Origin: Bacilli bacterium
Lineage (GTDB): Bacteria > Bacillota_I > Bacilli_A > ML615J-28 > CAG-313
Assembly: GCA_045652765.1 (NCBI GenBank)
Contig: JAZOLG010000049.1
Coordinates: forward strand, 219-64,218
Length of the DNA: 64,000 bases
Direction of reading: 5' to 3'
A program made the translations under genes and the position numbers. The notes beneath the pieces were generated by a model. That model searched no databases. It saw only the letters and a list, made by a program, of their open reading frames with translations, and was not told where the DNA came from. Below are positions 45,738 through 54,242 of this stretch, piece after piece; the first letter of the stretch is position 1; each line of letters starts with the position of its first letter.

Positions 45738-47619
45738 GGTAAATAAAAGTCGCACTTTCAAAAGATTATTAAAACTATTATTTAAATACTATCCAGTTTT
45801 AATAGTAATTACAATTGTTTGTATTTTAGCATCAGCTGCTGCTGCAACAATTCCAGATGTATTGATTCAAAAAGTAATGAAATTAATTAATGATTATGAT
45901 GTTACAAAAAACTGGACAGCTGCAAAACCACAAATTCGTGAGTTGATGTTTTTCTTAATTGGTATTTATGCTGTTGCAATTACATTAAATGTTTTATATA
46001 CTCAATTAATGGCATACATTACACAAGGGTTCTTATCAAAACTTCGTATTCAAATGTTTAACGGAATGCAAAATTTACCAATTAAATTCTTTGATACAAA
46101 TAAACATGGTGACATCATGAGCTATTACACTAATGATATTGATGCTATCCGTCAACTTGTATCTCAATCACTTCCTCAACTTTTAAGAAGTGGCGTAATT
46201 GTATTAACAGTTTTCTTCATAATGTTATATTATAGTTTATGGATGACATTAATCGTTGTCGTTGGTGTTATCTTCATGATTTTTGTTGCGAAAACTGTTG
46301 GTGGAGGTTCTGCTAAATACTTTATTAGACGTCAAAAATCAATTGGTCAAACTGAAGCATTTGTTCAAGAAATGATGAATGGACAAAGAGTTGTTAAAGT
46401 ATTTAACCATGAAGAACAAAGCATAATTGATTTTGAAGCTATTAATCAAGATTTATATGAAAATAGTAGAAAAGCCAATGCATATGCTAACTTAATGGGT
46501 CCAATTATTGCAAATATCGGAAATATCTTATACGTAATAATTGCAGTTGTTGGTGGAATTTTATTAATTTCAAATGTTAAAAATGTTAGCTTATCAGGTC
46601 TTGCATTTACAATTGATATTTTAGTTCCATTCCTTAATATGACAAAACAGTTTACAGGTAATGTAAATGGTGTATCTCAACAAGTTAGTTCAATGGTTAT
46701 GGCATTAGCTGGTGCTTCACGTGTCTTTAGTTTAATGGATGAAGAACCTGAAGTAGATAATGGTTATGTTACACTTGTTAATTGTAATATTTTAGAAGAT
46801 GGTTCAATTGAAGAAACTGAGAAAAAAACAGGTCACTGGGCTTGGAAACATCCACACAAAGATGGAACATTAACTTATACTCTTCTTCAAGGTGATGTTA
46901 CAATGACTGAAGTGGATTTTGGTTATGTAGAAAATAAAACAGTTCTTCATGATATTACTTTATATGCTGAACCTGGACAAAAAGTTGCCTTTGTTGGTGC
47001 AACAGGTGCTGGTAAAACAACAATCACTAATCTAATTAATAGATTCTATGATATCGCAGATGGTAAAGTTCGATATGATGGAATTAATATTAATAAGATT
47101 AAAAAAGCAGATCTTCGTCGTTCACTAGGTATTGTTTTACAAGATACTAATCTTTTCACTGGAACTGTTCTTGAAAATATTCGTTATGGTAATTTAGACG
47201 CAACAGATGCTGAATGTATTGAAGCTGCTAGATTAGCTGGTGCGGATGATTTTATTACTAGACTTCCAGATGGCTATAATACAATGTTAAACAATAATGG
47301 TTCTAACCTTTCACAAGGCCAAAGACAATTAATTGCGATTGCGAGAGCTGCTGTTGCCAATCCTCCAGTAATGATTCTAGATGAAGCTACTTCATCAATT
47401 GATACTCGTACAGAAGCAATTGTTCAACGTGGTATGGATAAATTAATGGAAGGTAGAACGGTATTTGTAATTGCTCATAGACTTTCAACAATCATGAATT
47501 CAGACGTCATAATGGTTTTAGAAAAAGGAAGAATCATTGAACGTGGAACACATGAAGATTTAATTAATCAAAAAGGTACATACTATCAATTATATACTGG
47601 TGCCTTTGAACTTGAATAG
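45721..47619 (+). CDS. ABC exporter half-transporter (TMD-NBD), consensus-site subunit
   Basis: Walker A GATGAGKTT, Walker B MILDEATS, non-canonical signature LSQGQRQ. ATG 45721 has a GGAGGTG SD and overlaps the upstream gene by 17 nt. Confidence 0.9.
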   Translation: MKPMPKVNKSRTFKRLLKLLFKYYPVLIVITIVCILASAAAATIPDVLIQKVMKLINDYDVTKNWTAAKPQIRELMFFLIGIYAVAITLNVLYTQLMAYITQGFLSKLRIQMFNGMQNLPIKFFDTNKHGDIMSYYTNDIDAIRQLVSQSLPQLLRSGVIVLTVFFIMLYYSLWMTLIVVVGVIFMIFVAKTVGGGSAKYFIRRQKSIGQTEAFVQEMMNGQRVVKVFNHEEQSIIDFEAINQDLYENSRKANAYANLMGPIIANIGNILYVIIAVVGGILLISNVKNVSLSGLAFTIDILVPFLNMTKQFTGNVNGVSQQVSSMVMALAGASRVFSLMDEEPEVDNGYVTLVNCNILEDGSIEETEKKTGHWAWKHPHKDGTLTYTLLQGDVTMTEVDFGYVENKTVLHDITLYAEPGQKVAFVGATGAGKTTITNLINRFYDIADGKVRYDGININKIKKADLRRSLGIVLQDTNLFTGTVLENIRYGNLDATDAECIEAARLAGADDFITRLPDGYNTMLNNNGSNLSQGQRQLIAIARAAVANPPVMILDEATSSIDTRTEAIVQRGMDKLMEGRTVFVIAHRLSTIMNSDVIMVLEKGRIIERGTHEDLINQKGTYYQLYTGAFELE

Positions 47620-47628
47620 GAGAATGAC

Positions 47629-47919
47629 ATGATTAAACACATTGTTTGTTTTAAAATTAAGGATGAATATAAAGATTTAATTCTTGATGCGAAGAAAACT
47701 TTAGAATCAATGAAAGGTAATGTGCCAACAGTAATTGATTTAAAAGTTGGTGTTGATTTTTTACACAGTGAAAGAAGCTATGATTTAATTTTAGAAGTTA
47801 TTTTAAATTCTAAAGAAGATTTAGAACTTTATCAAAAAGATGAATATCATTGCAATGTTGTAAAAACTTTAATGCATAAAATTAGAAGTGCTAGTATTGC
47901 GATTGACTATGAATTATAA
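47629..47919 (+). CDS. Dabb (stress-responsive A/B barrel) domain protein
   Basis: 96 aa. MIKHIVCFKIKDE... is the typical Dabb opening. Confidence 0.7.
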   Translation: MIKHIVCFKIKDEYKDLILDAKKTLESMKGNVPTVIDLKVGVDFLHSERSYDLILEVILNSKEDLELYQKDEYHCNVVKTLMHKIRSASIAIDYEL

Positions 47920-47925
47920 TTAAAA

Positions 47926-47954
47926 CTCCCATATTTAATATGGGAGCTTTTTTT
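47926..47954 (+). terminator. Rho-independent terminator
   Basis: ctcccatat/atatgggag hairpin plus T7. Confidence 0.8.
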
Positions 47955-48019
47955 AGGAAGAAGACATAATTCGGCTAATATTTTAAATTGAACTTGATAT
48001 AATAAATCAGGTGATAAAG

Positions 48020-49933
48020 ATGAGAAAAATAGTGATATTAATAGGGATTATGTTTTTTAGTTTGTGTTATCAATTTAATATTAAAGCTGAAAATGCTCAA
48101 AACATTCATATAATATATAGTAACTATACTGTTTATAAAGATCAAGAGTTTATAGTTACAATCAATTTTGAACAAGTTAATTTATATTATAGTACACAAA
48201 TTGTCTTAGATTTGGGTGAGTATTTTGAAGTATCAAATGAAGTTCCGTGTGAGTTATTAATTAATAGTTATTATAGTAAAGACGAAGTCTATGTTAATAA
48301 TGTTGAGAATAATATTATTAGGTTTGTTGCATTTAAAAAAACAAATGAAAATACAACTACTTTTAATAATATTGTACAAATAACTTTAAAGTCTAAAATT
48401 AATTGTTCTGATGTTAGAAAGTATCTTCAAAATGTGAAAATTGGCTTATTTGATGCCGAATATCAAACAATTCCTATAAACATAATAACTAGTGAGGGGA
48501 TTAAAGTTGAATGGTTAAAAGACATTTATGAAATGGAACTAGGAAGTAATTTACCAGACTTTAATGATGATATAACTATATCTAATAGAAAAGAAGATGA
48601 ATATATTGTAAAAGTTTTTGTTGATAAAATAAATGTTAATAAAGTAGGGCCACAAATTGTGACAATATACGTATATGATTATACGAATTCATCATGTGTG
48701 ATCTTAAACCGAACTGTAAATATTGTTGACAATGAAAAGCCAGTTATAAGTGGTAAAAAGGAAATAATAATTAATGATATTGATTTAGAATTAAATAAAT
48801 TAACGAATTATCAAGTAACAGATAATTATGATGAAAAGCCTGTTTTATTTGTTCAATATTTTACAGAAGATTTAGAATTAATTTCATCAATTGATGAGTT
48901 TTTACAATATCTAAAAACCCATACTATCGGAATCATAAAATTAGCCGCAACAGATAGTAGTAAAAATCAAAGTAATGAATTTATTCAAACAATTAAAATT
49001 ATCGATACAACGCCACCTGAAGTTATAATTGATGATGAAATTATAGTCAATGATTTTGAACTTGATAAATTTAATATTAATGATTTTTTAAAAATAACCG
49101 ATGATTATGATGATTCTCCAATCGTTAAATATTATATTAATGGTGTAGAAAATCCAAATATACAAAAAGAACTATTAAAGAATTATGATTTAAATATTTT
49201 ATTAGTATCAATTGACAAATTTGGTAATAAAAGTAGTGAAACGAATGTTAAAATTACGCTACTTGATACTACATCACCAACTATAGAAAAAATATCTGAT
49301 TTAATAATTAATGATACTGAATTTGTAAGTATTGAAGACGCCATTACAAACATTATTAAAGTTAATGATAACTTTAATTTACCACTAGAATATAAGTATA
49401 AATATTTTAATGATGAAGAAATAACTAAAGAAGAATATATTAATTTATTATATCTTGGTTTAAAACTAAAAGTAGAAGTAAGTGCTATAGATCAAGCTGC
49501 AAATGAAAGTAATAAAGTAATGGTTGAAACAATGCTGGTTGATACAACACCACCAAATGTTATTGTAAAAAATATTGAAGAAAATAAAAAATATTTAACA
49601 ATTGCAAATGTCGAATATCAAGTATTTGATAATTTTAATAATGACTTAGAAGTAAAACTATTTCTAGATGGCGAAATTTATCAAAATACGCCAATCAATA
49701 TAATAGGAAAACATTCATTACTAATTGTTGTAAAAGATAGTAAAGGTAATGAAACAAATAAAACAATTAATTTTGAAATAATTAAAAATAATTTAATCGG
49801 TTGTGGACTTGATAAAGACTGTTATACAGAAAATTATCAAACAATTTTAAATATAGCATTTTCACTTTTAGTATTATCAATATTAATCTTTATGACTAAG
49901 ATATTGATAAGGAAAAATAAAAAAATTCATTAA
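48020..49933 (+). CDS. Surface protein: cohesin-like N-domain + ~5 Ig-like (DUF5011/HYR-type) modules + C-terminal TM anchor
   Basis: Signal peptide. Module boundaries VDNEKPVISG, IDTTPPEVII, LDTTSPTIEK, VDTTPPNVIV, each with D(D/N)(Y/F)(D/N) cores. C-terminal helix ILNIAFSLLVLSILIFMTKIL followed by a basic tail. ATG 48020 has an aggtga SD. Confidence 0.55.
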   Translation: MRKIVILIGIMFFSLCYQFNIKAENAQNIHIIYSNYTVYKDQEFIVTINFEQVNLYYSTQIVLDLGEYFEVSNEVPCELLINSYYSKDEVYVNNVENNIIRFVAFKKTNENTTTFNNIVQITLKSKINCSDVRKYLQNVKIGLFDAEYQTIPINIITSEGIKVEWLKDIYEMELGSNLPDFNDDITISNRKEDEYIVKVFVDKINVNKVGPQIVTIYVYDYTNSSCVILNRTVNIVDNEKPVISGKKEIIINDIDLELNKLTNYQVTDNYDEKPVLFVQYFTEDLELISSIDEFLQYLKTHTIGIIKLAATDSSKNQSNEFIQTIKIIDTTPPEVIIDDEIIVNDFELDKFNINDFLKITDDYDDSPIVKYYINGVENPNIQKELLKNYDLNILLVSIDKFGNKSSETNVKITLLDTTSPTIEKISDLIINDTEFVSIEDAITNIIKVNDNFNLPLEYKYKYFNDEEITKEEYINLLYLGLKLKVEVSAIDQAANESNKVMVETMLVDTTPPNVIVKNIEENKKYLTIANVEYQVFDNFNNDLEVKLFLDGEIYQNTPINIIGKHSLLIVVKDSKGNETNKTINFEIIKNNLIGCGLDKDCYTENYQTILNIAFSLLVLSILIFMTKILIRKNKKIH

Positions 49934-50607
49934 GTTTGATCTTTCATATATAAATAGATTTTAGTTAAAGCTCTTTTTTCAATTCTTGAAACATAACTTC
50001 GACTAATATTTAATTTATCAGCGATTTCTTTTTGGGTTTCAACTGGTGTATCATTTAAACCATATCGTCTTGATAATATATCGAGCTCTCTTTCGTCCAA
50101 AACATTGAGGGCTTCTTTTAGTTTGGATTCATACTCTTCTTTAATTAGTGTAGTGCTAAGAAGTGGAGTAGGATCTTCGATAATATCACAAAGTCTAATT
50201 TCGTTACCTTCTTTATCTTCACCAATTGGTGTATATAACGAGGTAACATCTTTTCTTTTTTTATTGCTTCTTAAATGCATTAATATTTCATTTTCAATGC
50301 ATCGAGATGCGTAAGTCGCGAGTTTAACGCCGGATTCAATTTTGTATGAATCAACAGCTTTAATGAGTCCAAAAGAACCGATTGATAATAAATCGTCTTT
50401 ATCTTCTTTAGTGCTTTCAAATTTTTTTACGATGTGCGCAACCAATCGTAAGTTATGTTCGATTAATTCATTACGGGCTAATAAATCATGATTTTTGGCT
50501 TTGTTGATAAGTTCTAATTCAATATCTGGCTCTAAGACATCGGGAAAACTCCCGGAATTGATTGCGCCTACAAGCGGTAGTAATAATAAACTAAATATTC
50601 CTAACAT
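49930..50607 (-). CDS. sigK: Sporulation-type sigma factor, pro-sigma-K-like
   Basis: LIEHNLRLVAHIVKKFE, KLATYASRCIENEILMHLR, KKDVTSL..PIGEDKEGNEI and ISRSYVSRIEKRAL closely match B. subtilis SigK as I recall it. A hydrophobic N-terminal pro-peptide (MLGIFSLLLLPLVGAINSGSFPDVLEP) parallels ...NNAFPQPL of pro-SigK. Confidence 0.75.
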   Translation of the reverse strand: MLGIFSLLLLPLVGAINSGSFPDVLEPDIELELINKAKNHDLLARNELIEHNLRLVAHIVKKFESTKEDKDDLLSIGSFGLIKAVDSYKIESGVKLATYASRCIENEILMHLRSNKKRKDVTSLYTPIGEDKEGNEIRLCDIIEDPTPLLSTTLIKEEYESKLKEALNVLDERELDILSRRYGLNDTPVETQKEIADKLNISRSYVSRIEKRALTKIYLYMKDQT

Positions 50608-50678
50608 TTAAATTCTCCTTGTATTATTAGACAAAATCGTTAAATTTTAGTATAATATATTGATAAGAGGTGATTTTA

Positions 50679-51209
50679 ATGTATACACCAAAATGTGTTA
50701 TTAAACAATTCAACGATCTTGACTTTAATAAATTATATGAAGAAGGGTATCGAATTATTATAAGTGATTTAGATAATACTTTAGCTCCATATACAATGTC
50801 TACGCCAAGTAAAGAACTAATAGAACAAATAAATCAAATTAAAAAGATTGGTTTTAAGTTTTATTTAATATCAAATAATAAAAAAGATCGAATTGATCAT
50901 TTTAATAATGTTTTAGGACTTGATGGATATCTTGCTAGAGCCAATAAACCAAATCCTAAAAGATTAAAAACTTATTTAGAAGAACAAAATATCAGAAGTG
51001 AATTAGTTATAGCACTTGGAGATCAATTAGTAACTGATATCTTAGGTTTTAATAGATTAAATCTTTATAGTGTATTAGTTAAAACAATTGATAAGAAAAC
51101 ACAAAAATGGTATACAAAAATTAATCGTCTAAGAGAAAAAAAGATTTTGAGTAATATTAGAAAAGCAAATAATGAAATTTATAGAAAGATAGAAGAAATA
51201 TATGAGTAA
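50679..51209 (+). CDS. yqeG: YqeG-family HAD phosphatase
   Basis: IISDLDNTL (motif I), SNN, and GDQLVTDI (HAD-IIIA YqeG pattern). ATG 50679 has an agaggtga SD. Confidence 0.8.
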   Translation: MYTPKCVIKQFNDLDFNKLYEEGYRIIISDLDNTLAPYTMSTPSKELIEQINQIKKIGFKFYLISNNKKDRIDHFNNVLGLDGYLARANKPNPKRLKTYLEEQNIRSELVIALGDQLVTDILGFNRLNLYSVLVKTIDKKTQKWYTKINRLREKKILSNIRKANNEIYRKIEEIYE

Positions 51210-52356
51210 ATGTATTGGTTGTGGAACAACACTTCAAACATCAGATCCAAATAAACCGGGCTATATTCCTGTTAGTGTTGAAATTAATAAAGGCGCTTAC
51301 TGCAAAAGATGTCATGCAATAAGACATTATAATTTAGATTATAGTTTAGATAATCTAACATTGATGACTAATCCTGAGCTTATTAAAGAACGTCATAATA
51401 CTTATTTTAATTTGTTACAAAATATTAAAAATGAAAAAGCATTAGTTCTTTTAATGATTGACGCAATGGATATTTATACTAGTTTTATACCTAAACTTGA
51501 TACTTTAATTGGTAATAATCCTGTTTGGATTTTAGTTAACAAGAGTGATTTATATCCAAAAGACTTAAAACTTAATAAGATTAAAGAAAAGATTCAAAAG
51601 AATGCTTTAAAATATAATTTAGATGTACACAATATTTTCTTTGTATCTTCAATGAAAGAAAAAAATGTTGATGTTATAATGGAAAGAATGTTTACAAGTC
51701 TAAATAAAAAGTATCCAAATAATTTAATTTATATCATAGGCGCAACTTCAGTTGGTAAATCAACATTTGTTAATTTGGTTCTTAAAAAATATGCTGATAC
51801 TGTTGATTTAATTACAACGTCAATGCAAGCTAATACAACTGCTAATCTAATAAAAATTGGTGTTGGCAAAAATAGATTAAAAGAAGAATGTTATTTAATT
51901 GATACACCAGGATACTTAAATGAAGAAAGTGTGTTGTCTTGTGCACCACTTGAAACATTAAAAGTGCTAGTTCCTAAAAACTTTATTAGGGTAAAAACTT
52001 ATCAATTAAAAGAAAAACAAACATTGTTTTTAGGAGGGCTTGCTAGCATTGATATTGAAACAGAAAAAGCATCGGTTTCATGTTATGTTAGTGATAAACT
52101 TGAAATACATCGAACTAAGACTGAAAATAAAGAAAAAGTTTTTAATAATCTTGTATTTAATAAACTTGTCCCACCATTTAATGAAGAAGAAAAAACAATG
52201 TATGGTAGTAATGTAAGTTATGAATTTTCATCAGATGAACAAGTTAATCTTTGGCTTTCGGGAATTGGTTTTTTACATATTATTGGTAAATGTAAAATTA
52301 ATGTTAATGCTTTAAAAATGGTAAAAGTTACGGTTGATTATGATGAATTATCTTAA
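51202..52356 (+). CDS. yqeH: Ribosome biogenesis GTPase YqeH
   Basis: N-terminal zinc motif CIGCG...CKRCH. Circularly permuted GTPase (NKSDL ... GATSVGKST ... DTPG). Confidence 0.85.
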   Translation: MSKCIGCGTTLQTSDPNKPGYIPVSVEINKGAYCKRCHAIRHYNLDYSLDNLTLMTNPELIKERHNTYFNLLQNIKNEKALVLLMIDAMDIYTSFIPKLDTLIGNNPVWILVNKSDLYPKDLKLNKIKEKIQKNALKYNLDVHNIFFVSSMKEKNVDVIMERMFTSLNKKYPNNLIYIIGATSVGKSTFVNLVLKKYADTVDLITTSMQANTTANLIKIGVGKNRLKEECYLIDTPGYLNEESVLSCAPLETLKVLVPKNFIRVKTYQLKEKQTLFLGGLASIDIETEKASVSCYVSDKLEIHRTKTENKEKVFNNLVFNKLVPPFNEEEKTMYGSNVSYEFSSDEQVNLWLSGIGFLHIIGKCKINVNALKMVKVTVDYDELS

Positions 52357-52933
52357 AATAAAAGAAGAACTTCAAAAACACTTTGTAAATCATCCGAAGA
52401 GATTTAATCATTCAATTGGTGTTGCAGATTTTGCGGTTGAGGTTAATAACTTATTTAATTTTGGTCTTGACAATGAGATGTTAAAAATAACAGGTATTTT
52501 ACATGATATTGCGAAAATATATGATTTAGATACTTCACTTGAAATGCTAAAAAAATATGAATCAAATGAGATCATTGAACATTATCAACAATATCCTAAT
52601 GTAATTCATGCAGTACTTGGTGCACATCTCGCAAAAGAATTGTACAATGTTAATGATGAAATTTTTAATGCTATTTATTTTCATACAACAGGAACAAGCA
52701 ATATGACCAAGTTTATGGAAGTAATTTATACTGCAGATGTAGTAGAACGTGGTAGAACGTATAAAGATGCTGACTATTTTCGTAGTGAAGTATTGAAAGA
52801 TTTTAATCTAGGTTTATTTAAAATATTAGAAAGTATAATAGAAATGTTAAAAAATAAAAATGAGCCTATTGAATGCCACACTATTAAAGCATATGAATAT
52901 TATAAAAAGAAGGTGTTAGAAAATGAAATTTAA
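52340..52933 (+). CDS. yqeK: HD-domain protein YqeK (Ap4A hydrolase family)
   Basis: RFNHSIGVA...LHDIAK...HAVLGA...YFHTTG HD motifs. The start is ambiguous (TTG 52334, ATG 52340/52343). Confidence 0.8.
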   Translation: MMNYLKIKEELQKHFVNHPKRFNHSIGVADFAVEVNNLFNFGLDNEMLKITGILHDIAKIYDLDTSLEMLKKYESNEIIEHYQQYPNVIHAVLGAHLAKELYNVNDEIFNAIYFHTTGTSNMTKFMEVIYTADVVERGRTYKDADYFRSEVLKDFNLGLFKILESIIEMLKNKNEPIECHTIKAYEYYKKKVLENEI

Positions 52934-53267
52934 AAATCCGATTTTAGATGTTGCGATTGAATGCATTAATCGTGCAGTTTTATCAAATACAATAGTTTAC
53001 GATGTTTCTTCTGTTACTCCTTTTTTTGATTATAGTGTTGTATCAACTGCTTCGTCATCAAGACAAGGAATGAGTGCTGTTGGGTACTTAAGAGATGAAG
53101 CACAAAAACAAGGTTTCTTGGTAAAAGGGTATTCGATGTCTAATGATAGTAAATGGTTTTTCGTTGACTTAAATAATGTTATCGTTCATATTTTTGTTGG
53201 AGAAGATCGTGAAAGATATAATTTAGATGGGTTATATTATCATTTAGATAAGGAGAACCTAGAGTAA
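52923..53267 (+). CDS. rsfS: Ribosomal silencing factor RsfS
   Basis: 114 aa. FFDYSVVSTASSSRQ, W.FVDLNNVIVHIF pattern. Confidence 0.85.
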   Translation: MKFKNPILDVAIECINRAVLSNTIVYDVSSVTPFFDYSVVSTASSSRQGMSAVGYLRDEAQKQGFLVKGYSMSNDSKWFFVDLNNVIVHIFVGEDRERYNLDGLYYHLDKENLE

Positions 53268-54148
53268 TGTTTAAAAATAAATTCATAAGTTTAACTATTT
53301 TGCTTTTAATATATGTATTTGCTTTTTTACTAGGATTATATGTATATAATTTATTAAAAGATATGCATTTATTACTTCGATTCTTAATTATGGATGTCAT
53401 AACAACAGTTATTATTTTTATCTTTTCTTGGATATTTAATAATGCTTCCATCTATGACCCATATTGGAGTGTTTTACCACAAGTAATGGTTGTCTTTTTA
53501 GCCCTTGATGGTGATGCTTTTCATTGGTCATCATATATTATGATTACTTTAATTGAACTTTGGGGTCTTCGATTAACATTAAACTGCTTAATTAGATTCA
53601 AAAACTTAAAAAACCAAGATTGGCGCTACACTAACATTCAAGAAAAACATCCTAAACTTTGGCCATTAATAAATTTAACAGGTATTCATCTATTCCCAAC
53701 TCTTGTTGTTTATTTACTAATGTTGCCAGCAGCTGCTTATTTTGAAGCTGTAAATAATAATTTGGTAACTAATAATTTTAATTTATCATCAATTCTTGCA
53801 ATCATTATTGCTGTTGCCGGAATTATCTTTGAACTTGTTAGCGATATTCAATCAGGATTTTATCGAAAAAAATATCCCAATCAAATGTTAAATAAAGGTT
53901 TGTGGAAAATAAGTCGTCATCCAAATTACTTTGGAGAAATAATTTTCTGGTTTGGTGTATTTCTATTGATGTTATCAATCCGAGATAATTATTGGGTGCT
54001 CGTATTAGGACCAATTGTAAATCTTTTAATGTTTAGTTTCATTAGTATTCCAATGATGGAAAAAAGAATGTTAAAGAAATATCCAGAATATAATGAATAT
54101 ATTCAAAATACTAATGTTTTACTACCACTTAAAAAGAATAATAAATAA
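53267..54148 (+). CDS. DUF1295 / steroid-5-alpha-reductase-like membrane protein
   Basis: Polytopic. C-terminal GLWKISRHPNYFGEIIFWFG motif. Confidence 0.7.
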   Translation: MFKNKFISLTILLLIYVFAFLLGLYVYNLLKDMHLLLRFLIMDVITTVIIFIFSWIFNNASIYDPYWSVLPQVMVVFLALDGDAFHWSSYIMITLIELWGLRLTLNCLIRFKNLKNQDWRYTNIQEKHPKLWPLINLTGIHLFPTLVVYLLMLPAAAYFEAVNNNLVTNNFNLSSILAIIIAVAGIIFELVSDIQSGFYRKKYPNQMLNKGLWKISRHPNYFGEIIFWFGVFLLMLSIRDNYWVLVLGPIVNLLMFSFISIPMMEKRMLKKYPEYNEYIQNTNVLLPLKKNNK

Positions 54149-54154
54149 TAATTA

Positions 54155-54186
54155 AAAATGATGTAGGTTGCTACATCATTTTATTT
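54155..54186 (+). terminator. Rho-independent terminator
   Basis: aaaatgatgtag/ctacatcatttt hairpin. Confidence 0.8.
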
Positions 54187-54242
54187 TAGAAAAACTATAC
54201 AAAAATTGATAAATGTGGTATAATAACAAAAGAGGTGATTTC

